Assembly (NCBI GenBank): GCA_018396535.1
Contig: JAGTQC010000005.1
Coordinates: 32,001-96,000 of the forward strand
Source: Candidatus Bathyarchaeota archaeon
Lineage (GTDB): Archaea > Thermoproteota > CALKCG01 > B24 > DRYS01
DNA: 64,000 nt
Direction: 5' to 3'
This document shows positions 48,045 through 58,073 of this stretch, in pieces (position 1 is the first letter of the stretch; each line of letters starts with the position of its first letter). Made by a program: the position numbers and the translations under genes. Below the pieces are notes generated by a model that saw only the letters and a list, made by a program, of their open reading frames with translations, had not been told where the DNA came from and searched no databases.

Positions 48045-49331
48045 CTACTGAAACTCGAATATCCTACCCCCTACTATAGTCTTCGCAACCCTAACCCTAT
48101 ACGATCCAGCACTCCCACTGATAGAGAGGATAGCTATATCGGCTATACAGCCATCCGATATACTACCTACAGACTCCAACCCCTCTAACCTAGCTTGATT
48201 AGTAGAGGTAAACATCGATGCTAGGTGTAGAGAATCCTCAAAAGATCTTGCAGGCCTATCTATCATAAATCCTGAAAAATCTCTTGTGAATAAGTTTAGT
48301 AGATTCTCGAAGGCTCTATCCATAGTGAGTAGGCTTCCAAATAGGGTTCCAGGTGGAGGCTGCTTATATACACCATCAGCATCTCTGTAACGTTTAACAA
48401 CTAGTACACCACCATCATCACTCCTACATCCTACAACCGAGAATGCCTCAAACTCACCTCTAGGTACCTCCTCATCTATAGGGAATACAGCATCGGTTAT
48501 CGCTATAACCTCACCCATCCTACCCTTCTGTATACGTCTCTCGATTATATCCGATACATACCTAGTATCCACATGGTATCCATCAAATATTATCTCGATA
48601 GATATAGGTAGAGTTAAAGCCCCCTCATACATCCCCCCACCCTCGAACGGTTTAAAGGATTGCCCCATAGCCCCATTCGTTATATGAACGATATACCTTA
48701 ACCCCCTCCTCCAAGCCTCCTCAAGTCGTCTAGCAGAAGCTTTAGAATGACCGCAGCCAACTATAAGACCTCTAGAACTAGCATATCCTACTAGATCCGA
48801 TCCGAAATCCACAGCTATATTAACTAGTCTAGCAGCTCCTGTCTCGATTATACCATCGAGGAGTTCAACAGCCCCCTCACTCCAAGGCTCAACTATGTAT
48901 TCACGAGGCTGGGCTCCACCACACTCAGCTCTTATAAACGTCCCCTCTACGTGAGCCCCCTCAATCCTAGCCCCATCTAAGCCATTCCGGTTAGAAGACA
49001 TATACGATCTTATACTACGTAGATAACTCAGAAGCCTATCCCTAGGCATAGCTATAGTAGCTATCTTCACCGATGTCACTCCATGCCTAACTAACGCTGA
49101 AGCAACCCTAGATAACCTATCTACACCTATATCCGAGATAGATCCTATCAGATCATGTACATGCTGATCCCTAAACCCTGGTATGATAAACAACCCGCTG
49201 CAATCTATAGTCTCACCTACTCTAACACCATCATAAACCCTTGTGATCCTACCATCCTCTACAGCTACATCTGCTCTAACTAAACCCTTAGGTGTTAAAA
49301 CCCATCCGCCACGAAGGGTAAAAGAATACAT
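48045..49331 (-). CDS. N-acetylglucosamine-6-phosphate deacetylase-like amidohydrolase
   Basis: PGFRDQHVH, GAHVEGTFI, GHS, HITN, DGYHV, ITDA and LFGS motifs. Confidence 0.8.
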   Translation of the reverse strand: MYSFTLRGGWVLTPKGLVRADVAVEDGRITRVYDGVRVGETIDCSGLFIIPGFRDQHVHDLIGSISDIGVDRLSRVASALVRHGVTSVKIATIAMPRDRLLSYLRSIRSYMSSNRNGLDGARIEGAHVEGTFIRAECGGAQPREYIVEPWSEGAVELLDGIIETGAARLVNIAVDFGSDLVGYASSRGLIVGCGHSKASARRLEEAWRRGLRYIVHITNGAMGQSFKPFEGGGMYEGALTLPISIEIIFDGYHVDTRYVSDIIERRIQKGRMGEVIAITDAVFPIDEEVPRGEFEAFSVVGCRSDDGGVLVVKRYRDADGVYKQPPPGTLFGSLLTMDRAFENLLNLFTRDFSGFMIDRPARSFEDSLHLASMFTSTNQARLEGLESVGSISDGCIADIAILSISGSAGSYRVRVAKTIVGGRIFEFQ

Positions 49332-49341
49332 AGCTAATGTT

Positions 49342-50250
49342 TTAGCCTAGTAGCGAAAGCCTCGATAGAAGATCCTCTAAGAAACGCTTAGATTCCACCA
49401 CATCTGAATCTATATCTCCCCTATACCCTGCTCCACCTATATCGACAGCTATATAGCCTCTATACCCATGCTTAGCTAACGCTTTAACTACACCCTCCCA
49501 ATCTACGGTACCCCTACCCGGGGGTAGATGTAGATTATCCCTTCCATCATTATCTGATGCATGCACATAGGATATCCTAGAACCTAGCTTCTCGACAGAT
49601 AAAGGTAGTATCTCCTTCTGAGCATGTAGATGACCTGTATCCAGAACCGCGTAGAAGTTATCTGCACCTACAGCATCTAGCAACCTAAGCATAGCATCAG
49701 TATTACTTATATTCTCCCCAACCCTAGGTTCTAGGCAAAGCTTAAGCCCATACTCCTCAGCTAGACGGCTACATCTCTTAAAGCTCTCAACAATCCTAGC
49801 CCAAAGCTTAGGATAACTAAATCCTGGATCTACTTCAACCCTAAATTGTATACCAAAGCTTATAGCCTCCTTATACGGTACAGTACCTATGAACTTGAGT
49901 GGAGGAGTAAACGAATCTAGCTGAATCATATCGCAATCTAGGAATCTAGTTATCCCACAACTCTCCTCGAAATTCTTCAATGCTCTGCTCCATAACACCT
50001 CATCTAGACTAACTATATCTGGGAATATAGCGCATACATTGATAACCTTGAGACCTAGATCGCTACATAGCTTCCTAACCTCCCCCTTACGCTCCCTAAA
50101 CTCTAATAGCTGCGCCTCTCTAACAACCTCAACCTCCACAGCATCGAAGCCTAGCTTAGCCATCTCGCGTAGAGCTGTTAAAGTCTTATCGAATGATGGA
50201 GGATACCCATACTTAGTTATAGCATATAGCCAAGCACAACTAACCTTCAA
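49342..50250 (-). CDS. Sugar phosphate isomerase/epimerase (xylose isomerase-like TIM barrel)
   Basis: GFDAVE, CLEP, LDTGH and HASDNDG...HLPPGRG motifs. Confidence 0.85.
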   Translation of the reverse strand: MKVSCAWLYAITKYGYPPSFDKTLTALREMAKLGFDAVEVEVVREAQLLEFRERKGEVRKLCSDLGLKVINVCAIFPDIVSLDEVLWSRALKNFEESCGITRFLDCDMIQLDSFTPPLKFIGTVPYKEAISFGIQFRVEVDPGFSYPKLWARIVESFKRCSRLAEEYGLKLCLEPRVGENISNTDAMLRLLDAVGADNFYAVLDTGHLHAQKEILPLSVEKLGSRISYVHASDNDGRDNLHLPPGRGTVDWEGVVKALAKHGYRGYIAVDIGGAGYRGDIDSDVVESKRFLEDLLSRLSLLG

Positions 50251-50360
50251 CCCGACTCCACCAGCCTATACTATCGATGAAATATCTGCATATAAACGTT
50301 GACTATAATACTAAGGCGAAAGGAATATATAACAGGTCATCTAGATACCCTTAAGGAGAT

Positions 50361-52469
50361 ATGAGCGAATACATGGGTATACGTACTAGGACATGGATCA
50401 TAGGAATAATAGCCGTAATATTATCCACCATATTCACTACATTCGTAGCACTATTCACAACAGGAGGAACACTATGGGGTTTAACCATAAATCCATGGGC
50501 TCAGGCGCAATCCGGAACTTTAACATTCGTATTCTGGTGGCCTCTAATTATAGCCTCTTTAGCAGCGGTATTAGCTAGGAATGGCGGATTGAATAAACAG
50601 GAAGTAACGATAGTACTAGCTATGGTTTGGGTTTCCTGGATGATCCCATCATTCTACGGTGTACTACCCGTCCTCACCATGATGGGTACTGCTCGTCAGA
50701 TTCCAGCCTTCCACCGATGGAATCTAGAGTATCTTAAACCTGCTCATTGGCAGTGGGGTCCTGATCCGTTCAACGATAAGCTTTGGGAGTCTTGGATGTA
50801 TGGTGGACCAGTACCATGGGCTGAGTGGATGCCAGCCCTATCCTGGCATATCGTTAGGATACTAGCCTACTATCTATGCTACATGTTCCTAGCTAGCATG
50901 TTTAGGAGACAATGGGTTGATCTAGAAGCTCTACCATTCCCACATGCTACTGCTGCTGCTAAGCTTATAGATATGGCTTATGAGAAGGTTGATGGAGGAA
51001 CAAGACTATTCCAAAACGTATGGCTATGGCTAGGACTACTAATAGGATTCCTAGCAATATACCCATACTGGGCATGGACACTACCAGGACTAGGAGTAGC
51101 GCAGTTAATGTATCCGGCAACACAGGGGATAGATTTAACACCGTACGTTATACTACCCCAGGCTCCGTTAACGTTCAACTTCGAAGCATTCTTCATAGGA
51201 TTCTTCTTCCTAATACCCGTGAAGACGCTGTTTAGCTTCATAGTAGTAGATGCTATAGCCTTCAGAGTTATACCCCCTATCATATGCTATCTAGGCTTAT
51301 GGGAGCCTCACTCTGCAGGTTCTTCAGGAGGTATAAACGCTTATATAGGGTGGACACAGGAGGGATGGACTGGCCCACTCATGCAGAGTTGGCAGCAGAC
51401 CTGGGGTAAGCTAGGCTGGATCACTGTGGGAGCGATGTTCGGGTTAATGTTCTTCCCGATATTCGTCACCTATAGGAGCGAGCTTATCAACGCCTTCAAA
51501 GCTATAATAGGTAAAGCTCCACCGGAGGTTGAAGCTAGAGAACCGTTGAAGTTTAGGTATATGCTACTAGGCTTCATAGTATTCCTACTAGTATACATAG
51601 CTACATGGTGGAGTTCGAGTCTCGGATACCTACCAGTATTATGGGGTATATTCTGGACCGTTGTGAATGGATTATACTGGGTTGGTAGAGCTAGGATAGC
51701 TGGTGATGCAGGACTTATATTCGAGGATCTATGGAATGAGCAGAGGTTTGCACACTACTGGAACTCAACCATGGTAGGATGGTTCCTAGCAGATACATCT
51801 TCACCATTCTTCATGGATGATCTGCAGAAGAGGTATCTTGTAGTAAGAGCAGATTATCCATGGTATACCTCTGTTATAAAGGCAGCCCCCATGGCTTCTA
51901 TTATAGAATCGTATAAGATAGGATCATTAGAGGGTGTACATTCCAAGTATATATTCATTGCAGGGCTTATCGCTACGATACTAGGTGTCGTACTATCGAT
52001 GTTCGTGATACTGCAGATGTGGTATAGCTTTGGAGCTTTAAACCTTTCTACATTCAACTATACAGGTGCACCGCATAACCACTATCAGAGGGGCCCCACG
52101 TACAGGGTCGTCGCGGTTGTTGGAGATTACTGGAGGCAGGGTATAACCGTGAAGCCTACAGCTAATCAATGGATACTATTCTCTGTAGGATTCATAATAG
52201 TATCCCTAATTCACGCTCTATCAGCTAGATACCCATGGTTCCCTGTAAACGCACCTGGAACAGCTTTAGGTCTAGGTATATTCCAAGCAGCATTATGGTT
52301 CCCAGCGATAATAGCTTATATAGCTAAGGTTATCGTTATGAGGATTGGTGGAGCTAAGCTATACGAGGATGTAGCTATGCCATTCGCTATAGGTATGGCT
52401 GCATCTGTATCCTTAGCGATACTACTGGGAGTAGCTTCAGGCTTCGCTACAACTCTAACCATGATGTAA
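50361..52469 (+). CDS. Polytopic OPT-like transporter (DUF6785/DUF6784-type)
   Basis: Many TM helices; GPVPWAEW.P, RRQWVD.E.LPFP, PWFP and AK...RIGG..LY...PFA.G motifs. Confidence 0.72.
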   Translation: MSEYMGIRTRTWIIGIIAVILSTIFTTFVALFTTGGTLWGLTINPWAQAQSGTLTFVFWWPLIIASLAAVLARNGGLNKQEVTIVLAMVWVSWMIPSFYGVLPVLTMMGTARQIPAFHRWNLEYLKPAHWQWGPDPFNDKLWESWMYGGPVPWAEWMPALSWHIVRILAYYLCYMFLASMFRRQWVDLEALPFPHATAAAKLIDMAYEKVDGGTRLFQNVWLWLGLLIGFLAIYPYWAWTLPGLGVAQLMYPATQGIDLTPYVILPQAPLTFNFEAFFIGFFFLIPVKTLFSFIVVDAIAFRVIPPIICYLGLWEPHSAGSSGGINAYIGWTQEGWTGPLMQSWQQTWGKLGWITVGAMFGLMFFPIFVTYRSELINAFKAIIGKAPPEVEAREPLKFRYMLLGFIVFLLVYIATWWSSSLGYLPVLWGIFWTVVNGLYWVGRARIAGDAGLIFEDLWNEQRFAHYWNSTMVGWFLADTSSPFFMDDLQKRYLVVRADYPWYTSVIKAAPMASIIESYKIGSLEGVHSKYIFIAGLIATILGVVLSMFVILQMWYSFGALNLSTFNYTGAPHNHYQRGPTYRVVAVVGDYWRQGITVKPTANQWILFSVGFIIVSLIHALSARYPWFPVNAPGTALGLGIFQAALWFPAIIAYIAKVIVMRIGGAKLYEDVAMPFAIGMAASVSLAILLGVASGFATTLTMM

Positions 52470-52489
52470 AAAGAGGGGAACTTTAATTA

Positions 52490-53260
52490 TCAGCCTTTAA
52501 TATTTTTTAATATTCTCTCAGCGTTGCCATAGAATATATTCTGTATCTCATCTCTCGTAAAACCTATTTGTGGGAGAGCCACTTCCCAGAAGTTTTTATA
52601 TCGTAGAAAGTTTTCTGGGGCCGTGTCTGTAGCATACAATAGCCTGTTTGGATCAGCATCGTAGCGTATCCTATTCTTTAATGCTAAAGCTACCCAGAAT
52701 GTATGTCCTCCGCATATATCGAAGTATAGGTTCGGGTTATGCATCATGAGTACAGCAGCTTCATCACACCATGGATGCCCTAGATGTGCTCCGATTATTA
52801 TCAAATTAGGAAAGCTTCTAGCAATCCTATCTAGACGGATCGGGCGCATAAAATCCGATGAGACTCTATATTCTCTATCTACCGGATCCCTAGCTACGAT
52901 ACCTGTATGGAATAGTATAGGCATCCTATACTTTTCAGCTCTCTCATAGTATGGAAAGAATTCATCGCTATCATAAGGCTTCAAAGGCTTTATAATCTTC
53001 AACCCAGTAAACCCGCGAGAATATAGATCATCTACAACTTTAGTATCATCTACACCTAGATGTACAAACCCGAATCCCTTGAATAGATCTGGGTATTCCT
53101 GGAAAGCCTCTTCTATAAGCCTATTCTCATCTACTCCTCTAAACCTACCTAAACTCTGAAGCCAAACCATGGATATATCAGCTTTCTCACAACCCTCTAC
53201 TAGACGTTTTAACGGATCTCCACCGATAGGGTAGTGTACATGCACATCTATAGCTTTCAT
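52490..53260 (-). CDS. Amidohydrolase_2 family metal-dependent hydrolase
   Basis: IDVHVH, GLKI, ILFHTG, GAHLGHPW, YATD and GNAERI motifs. Confidence 0.85.
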   Translation of the reverse strand: MKAIDVHVHYPIGGDPLKRLVEGCEKADISMVWLQSLGRFRGVDENRLIEEAFQEYPDLFKGFGFVHLGVDDTKVVDDLYSRGFTGLKIIKPLKPYDSDEFFPYYERAEKYRMPILFHTGIVARDPVDREYRVSSDFMRPIRLDRIARSFPNLIIIGAHLGHPWCDEAAVLMMHNPNLYFDICGGHTFWVALALKNRIRYDADPNRLLYATDTAPENFLRYKNFWEVALPQIGFTRDEIQNIFYGNAERILKNIKG

Positions 53261-53302
53261 AACCCGTCAACCTATAAGCTAGTATATCTACTAGATATAA
53301 GC

Positions 53303-54289
53303 TTATGGTATACGCCCTAAGCTACCCAGTCTCCCAGCTATCCTCCTCGCAGCTTCTCTAAGCTCCCCAACTCTATCCTCAGGTACCCCATCATATGTGA
53401 ATACCCATGCACCCCATTCTACACCTGCAGCATACTTAAGCCTATCCCTAGATAAGTGTGGAGTATAGAATTCTACATGTAGTCTATAATCCTTGTTCAC
53501 CTGTTTAATAGGTGCTTGATGGAATATCATCATATAGGCATACTCTGATCCAAATAGCTCCTCGTAAACACCGGTAGCTACCCTTATAGTATCGGCTAGT
53601 AGGAGTGCTGAATATCTATCGAGCTCGTAGAGTAGTTTAACATCTCTCAATGGATATATATGCATCTCGTATGGCCACATAGCATAGAATGGTAGTAGGA
53701 GTATGAATTCATCGTTGACATATACTATACGTTTAGATTCCCTAATCTCCGCTTCAACTATATCTTCAAAAAGGTTTCTCCCATAATCCCTTCTATACCT
53801 GATAACCGATTCTATCTCTCTAACTATCCTCGGAGGGATGAATGTGAATGCGTAAATCTGGCTGTGAGGATGGGTTAGCGAAACACCTATCAGTACACCC
53901 TTATTCTTAAAGGGCATCACATATTCTATAGCTGGGTTAGATGCGATATCCCTGGTTCGTTCACCTAGCAGGAGTATATACTCCGACACCTGCTCTAAAG
54001 GTATATCTTGAAAATCCCCCTCATGCACCGGTGTTTCCACTACTACTTCACATACTCCTAAAGCCTCACTCTTAATAAACGGTTCACACCCCTCATCTAC
54101 TTTAGGCGGGTTAAGCGATAGAGCTGGATATCTATTCGGTAGAGCTAAGACTCTCCACTCACCCTGAGTTTCAGATCCGCCGGGGCAAAACGGACAGAAG
54201 GTTGAATGCCAAGGCCTCCCCTTCCTATGACCAGCTACTATTATCCAGCAGTCTAGGAGCGGATTCCACCTCAACTCATGTCCAGACAT
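53303..54289 (-). CDS. galT: Galactose-1-phosphate uridylyltransferase
   Basis: ELRWNPL, CPFCPG, NRYPAL and GVSLTHPHSQ motifs. Confidence 0.9.
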   Translation of the reverse strand: MSGHELRWNPLLDCWIIVAGHRKGRPWHSTFCPFCPGGSETQGEWRVLALPNRYPALSLNPPKVDEGCEPFIKSEALGVCEVVVETPVHEGDFQDIPLEQVSEYILLLGERTRDIASNPAIEYVMPFKNKGVLIGVSLTHPHSQIYAFTFIPPRIVREIESVIRYRRDYGRNLFEDIVEAEIRESKRIVYVNDEFILLLPFYAMWPYEMHIYPLRDVKLLYELDRYSALLLADTIRVATGVYEELFGSEYAYMMIFHQAPIKQVNKDYRLHVEFYTPHLSRDRLKYAAGVEWGAWVFTYDGVPEDRVGELREAARRIAGRLGSLGRIP

Positions 54290-54427
54290 AGTTTAGCCCC
54301 CATCGATGCAAGCTTTCATTGCATCTATCACCCATAACTAAGATAGCCATCTAGTATGTAACCTTTCCCCCTCGACTTCATAGGATAATCTCCAAGTCTA
54401 AATAGATCATCCTATAAAATCCATATC

Positions 54428-55702
54428 TTATACATAGGTTCTAAGATCTACCCTCGCTCCCTCACCTATCTTAGAAACCCATGCTGATGGACATCCTATA
54501 TCTAGACAAGCCTTCCTTATCCTTATAGCTTCATCGAAGCTTCTAGCTAAACCGAGTATAACTCCTCCAAGACCCGCACCCGATATCTTAGCACCTAACG
54601 CACCTGAATCCAGCATAGTAGACCATATCTCTTCGAGTCTAGGTAGACTTACCTCGTATAAATCTCTCAATAGTGTATGCTGGAATGAGAGTATGCACCC
54701 CAATACTGAGATCGGATCATCGAAATTAGGTCTATACTCTGATGAAAATTCATCACCTACTATCGAACGATATAATTCTGGCTGAGCTTTCATATACTTG
54801 ATAATCGATAGAGCATACATAGTCGATCTATGCATTCGTATAGTGAAGATTACCCTATTAGCAAGTTTAGATGGGAGAGAGGATAGATAAGGCTCTATCT
54901 CCTCCTCAGATATATCCTCCCATCTAGGCTCATAGTATCTACGACCAAGCTTCAAAGCTAATTCTACCGGGACTTTAACCTCATCTAGGAGAATCCTTAA
55001 CGCTTCATCTATCTCTGCTTGTCTAACAGGATGAACCGATACTATCCTACGCCTCACACCTGAATCTGCTAAGACCATTATGAAACCTCTATCCGGAAGC
55101 TCCTCCACATCGTATGGTGGCCTCGTATCTAGCTTCAATATCCCGCCATAAGATGAACCATACTGATCTAACCTACCACACGGTATACCCATAACATCAT
55201 GCTCAGCAGTATAAGCGATCTCAGCTACATCTCTCCTAGAAAGCTGGAGATCGTATAGTCCAGCTATAAGTTTAGCTATGGAAACTTCTAGAGCAGCGCT
55301 ACTCGATAAACCCGAACCTATAGGTACATGGCTTAGTATAGCTATATGTAACCCATCTATCCCAACACCCATATCCATGAATACTTTAACGAGAGCTCTA
55401 GCATAATCACCGAACCATCCACCACCCCTAAGCTTCAAACTACATATATCCACCTCATCTAAGTAGTCTACACCTTCATCGAATAGATTAACCGATGATA
55501 CTCGTAGTATACCATCCCTAGACCTATAACCGGCTGCATAGCATCTAAGTTCGATAGCTATAGGTACGACTGGTAGACCCTTATAATCTTGATGCGTATT
55601 TAGAAAATCAGCTCTACCTGGAGCTGAAGCTATCACAACCTCGGCATTCCTTGATGGATCTAAGAATCCTATCAACCTAGATACTACATCCTTCAGGGAC
55701 AT
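54428..55702 (-). CDS. galK: GHMP sugar kinase, galactokinase-like
   Basis: APGRADFLNTHQDY, PIGSGLSSSAA, CGRLDQ and SGAGLGG motifs. Confidence 0.8.
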   Translation of the reverse strand: MSLKDVVSRLIGFLDPSRNAEVVIASAPGRADFLNTHQDYKGLPVVPIAIELRCYAAGYRSRDGILRVSSVNLFDEGVDYLDEVDICSLKLRGGGWFGDYARALVKVFMDMGVGIDGLHIAILSHVPIGSGLSSSAALEVSIAKLIAGLYDLQLSRRDVAEIAYTAEHDVMGIPCGRLDQYGSSYGGILKLDTRPPYDVEELPDRGFIMVLADSGVRRRIVSVHPVRQAEIDEALRILLDEVKVPVELALKLGRRYYEPRWEDISEEEIEPYLSSLPSKLANRVIFTIRMHRSTMYALSIIKYMKAQPELYRSIVGDEFSSEYRPNFDDPISVLGCILSFQHTLLRDLYEVSLPRLEEIWSTMLDSGALGAKISGAGLGGVILGLARSFDEAIRIRKACLDIGCPSAWVSKIGEGARVDLRTYV

Positions 55703-55732
55703 ACCTAGCCTCTTATAAGCTAAACAGTCTAT

Positions 55733-57253
55733 CTATATTGATGCCATACTCTTAGATATACGCTCCCAGATAGGAATCATCCTCCTCCGCGATTCAGGAC
55801 CTAGTATTATAGGTTCTATACCCGCTATCTCGCATAGATATGTTAACGAGCGTACATGATCCCCTGCGACAGCTAGTATATGATTAGATGGGAATACGTT
55901 TATGAATTCTTCGAAACTGCAATGTAGTCTGGCATGGACGTGAGGCCATGTTGGGTTAGTCTCCTCGTTTATAGCCTTCCTCTCATCTGGTGGTAACTCT
56001 ACAGCTTCACCTAACACTATAACCATGTAGAGTCTATCATCCCATAATCCTAGACGAGCAAATGTTAAGGGTCCAGGAGCTGCATCGAATTCGACTGAAG
56101 CCCCTCCAGCTTTAAAGTAGAATTCTAAAGCTGGATGGAGGGTTATCTTCTTGAAGTTCTCCCTAGGATCGAAGCTTCTAGAAGCATACCAGCTTGAATG
56201 ATTACCTGAATTACAGAAATCCCATATATCCCTATCTGGATGGTAGAGTCTAACATCCATGAATAGTACGGGTAAACCCCCGCTCACATATTTCAATATC
56301 TGCATAGTTAATGCTGCGAGAGCATCTGCTTCTGTAGCGCATACCATAGGCTCCTTAGATCCATTCCAATCGTATGGATCGTTCATAAGCATCTCAGCTA
56401 CATCTGTTATACATACATGCTCTGATAGCTCCCTCTGACCCTTTATACCGCAGAAATCGAACCCCATCTCCTCGTTAATCATCTTCATAGCTAGGTATAG
56501 CCTCACCTGCTTCTCTAAGGCTTCGGGTGTAAGCATCTTCCCATCATATCTTATACGATCTCCTAGAAGATCTTCAAGCCACTTCATACCCTTCCTAACC
56601 TCTGTCTCATCCACCTTCTCCATCATCTTAACAAGTAGGAATTGATCTATATGGTATAAAGTCACACCGAAAGCCTTCTGTATAGGTACTAGGTGGAAGT
56701 ATCCAGTCTCCATACCCATGGAGTGCCCACCATAGAGTCCGTAAACCTCCCCTCTAAGATTCGTATATGCTTGAGCAGCTCTAACCCAATCTATAACTCT
56801 AGATTGAACATCAGGATCATCTATATCACCGATTATACGATGAGTCCTTACACCAGCCTGTCTCAAAGCTCCATCCGTAGCTAGTAAGCCTACGTTACCA
56901 GGATACTTACCACTATTATTGGATAGGCATAGGATTGGCTTATCCCTACCAACCGTATTTATGAATGGCCATACTAAATATGGGAAATCCCATACATAGA
57001 AGCATAGTATAATCTGTCTACAATTAGCTCTAACAAGTTCCTCCCCTACTCTACGAGCAGTCCTTATAGATTTTATAGTTTCAGAGCCTACTACAACTTT
57101 AGGTGTAGATCCATCTATATTCCTAGCTTTACTACGTATTATCTCAGCCCATCTATTAACCACCTCCATACACTCTTTCTCGTTAGCCTTGTACACATGC
57201 TCCCTCTCATCATTTATCAAAGCGATACCTATAGGCGTGGTTTTCAAATCCAA
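55733..57253 (-). CDS. L-fucose/L-arabinose isomerase-family sugar isomerase
   Basis: GGHSMGM, KGQRE, ATEAD, FMD, CNSG, TFARL, WPH and SNH motifs of the FucI family. Confidence 0.85.
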   Translation of the reverse strand: MDLKTTPIGIALINDEREHVYKANEKECMEVVNRWAEIIRSKARNIDGSTPKVVVGSETIKSIRTARRVGEELVRANCRQIILCFYVWDFPYLVWPFINTVGRDKPILCLSNNSGKYPGNVGLLATDGALRQAGVRTHRIIGDIDDPDVQSRVIDWVRAAQAYTNLRGEVYGLYGGHSMGMETGYFHLVPIQKAFGVTLYHIDQFLLVKMMEKVDETEVRKGMKWLEDLLGDRIRYDGKMLTPEALEKQVRLYLAMKMINEEMGFDFCGIKGQRELSEHVCITDVAEMLMNDPYDWNGSKEPMVCATEADALAALTMQILKYVSGGLPVLFMDVRLYHPDRDIWDFCNSGNHSSWYASRSFDPRENFKKITLHPALEFYFKAGGASVEFDAAPGPLTFARLGLWDDRLYMVIVLGEAVELPPDERKAINEETNPTWPHVHARLHCSFEEFINVFPSNHILAVAGDHVRSLTYLCEIAGIEPIILGPESRRRMIPIWERISKSMASI

Positions 57254-57330
57254 CCACCATAGAAATCATGGCATATATATGAGAGAAAAATCTTCTGGTC
57301 TCCGATAACGGATATATAGAGTATCGCTCA

Positions 57331-57975
57331 CTATACAGCTGCTATACTGTATAAACTATACCAGCTATCAGCTACTATCGAGGCATAGCGGTAATCCTCT
57401 ATTCTGAATCTAGGTCTCAATATACCTATACGTATAGGTATACCAAGTTCTCGATAGATCTCGAAGAATACAGGATTATCATCGACTATGATCTTAACCC
57501 TATACTCCTCCAATATCCTTTCCAGAAGCATACGGCGTATACTCGTCGGATCCTCTATATACTTCTCCAGATCTGGCGCCATATATATCATCATCGGATC
57601 AACTGGAAACCCCATCGATCTAAGCTCATCTAGCGTCGCATCTCTCATATTACTAGTCCTACCTGTAAGATATACTATCGTATAGCGTCTAGACCATATG
57701 GATACCGTATCGGCTGCATAGGGTATGGGTTTATCCATCTCGAGGAGTTTAAACCCATCAGGATCGTAGCATAAGAGTATAGACCAGAACTTCAAGTAGA
57801 TAGGATGATAACCAGGTCCATAGTATTTCCTAGCTATATGGCTAGATCCATACATCTCTAATTCGCTTATAGGTATATCTAGCCCGGTTACCCTACGCCA
57901 CGCAGCCTGCCTCCTAAGAGATGTATCGATTATAGTCTCATCGATATCTAGGACGACAGCTTCTCTAAATCGCAT
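57331..57975 (-). CDS. HAD-superfamily phosphatase
   Basis: DIDETIIDT, YLTGR and VDDN motifs. Confidence 0.85.
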   Translation of the reverse strand: MRFREAVVLDIDETIIDTSLRRQAAWRRVTGLDIPISELEMYGSSHIARKYYGPGYHPIYLKFWSILLCYDPDGFKLLEMDKPIPYAADTVSIWSRRYTIVYLTGRTSNMRDATLDELRSMGFPVDPMMIYMAPDLEKYIEDPTSIRRMLLERILEEYRVKIIVDDNPVFFEIYRELGIPIRIGILRPRFRIEDYRYASIVADSWYSLYSIAAV

Positions 57976-58073
57976 CGACCATACCTCGATACAGATTTAG
58001 GATATAAAATCTGAAGGTAAACTTCTTTTAAACGTTTATCTCTACATAGTCTAGGAGTCAAGAGTGAAGAGGT

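Noticed and set aside
54290-54427. galK-galT spacer with a GATGCAA/TTGCATC hairpin, considered as a C/D sRNA
   Set aside because: There is no convincing C box (RTGATGA) and D box (CTGA) pair. A promoter-like GAAAGGTTACATA on the minus strand explains the gap.
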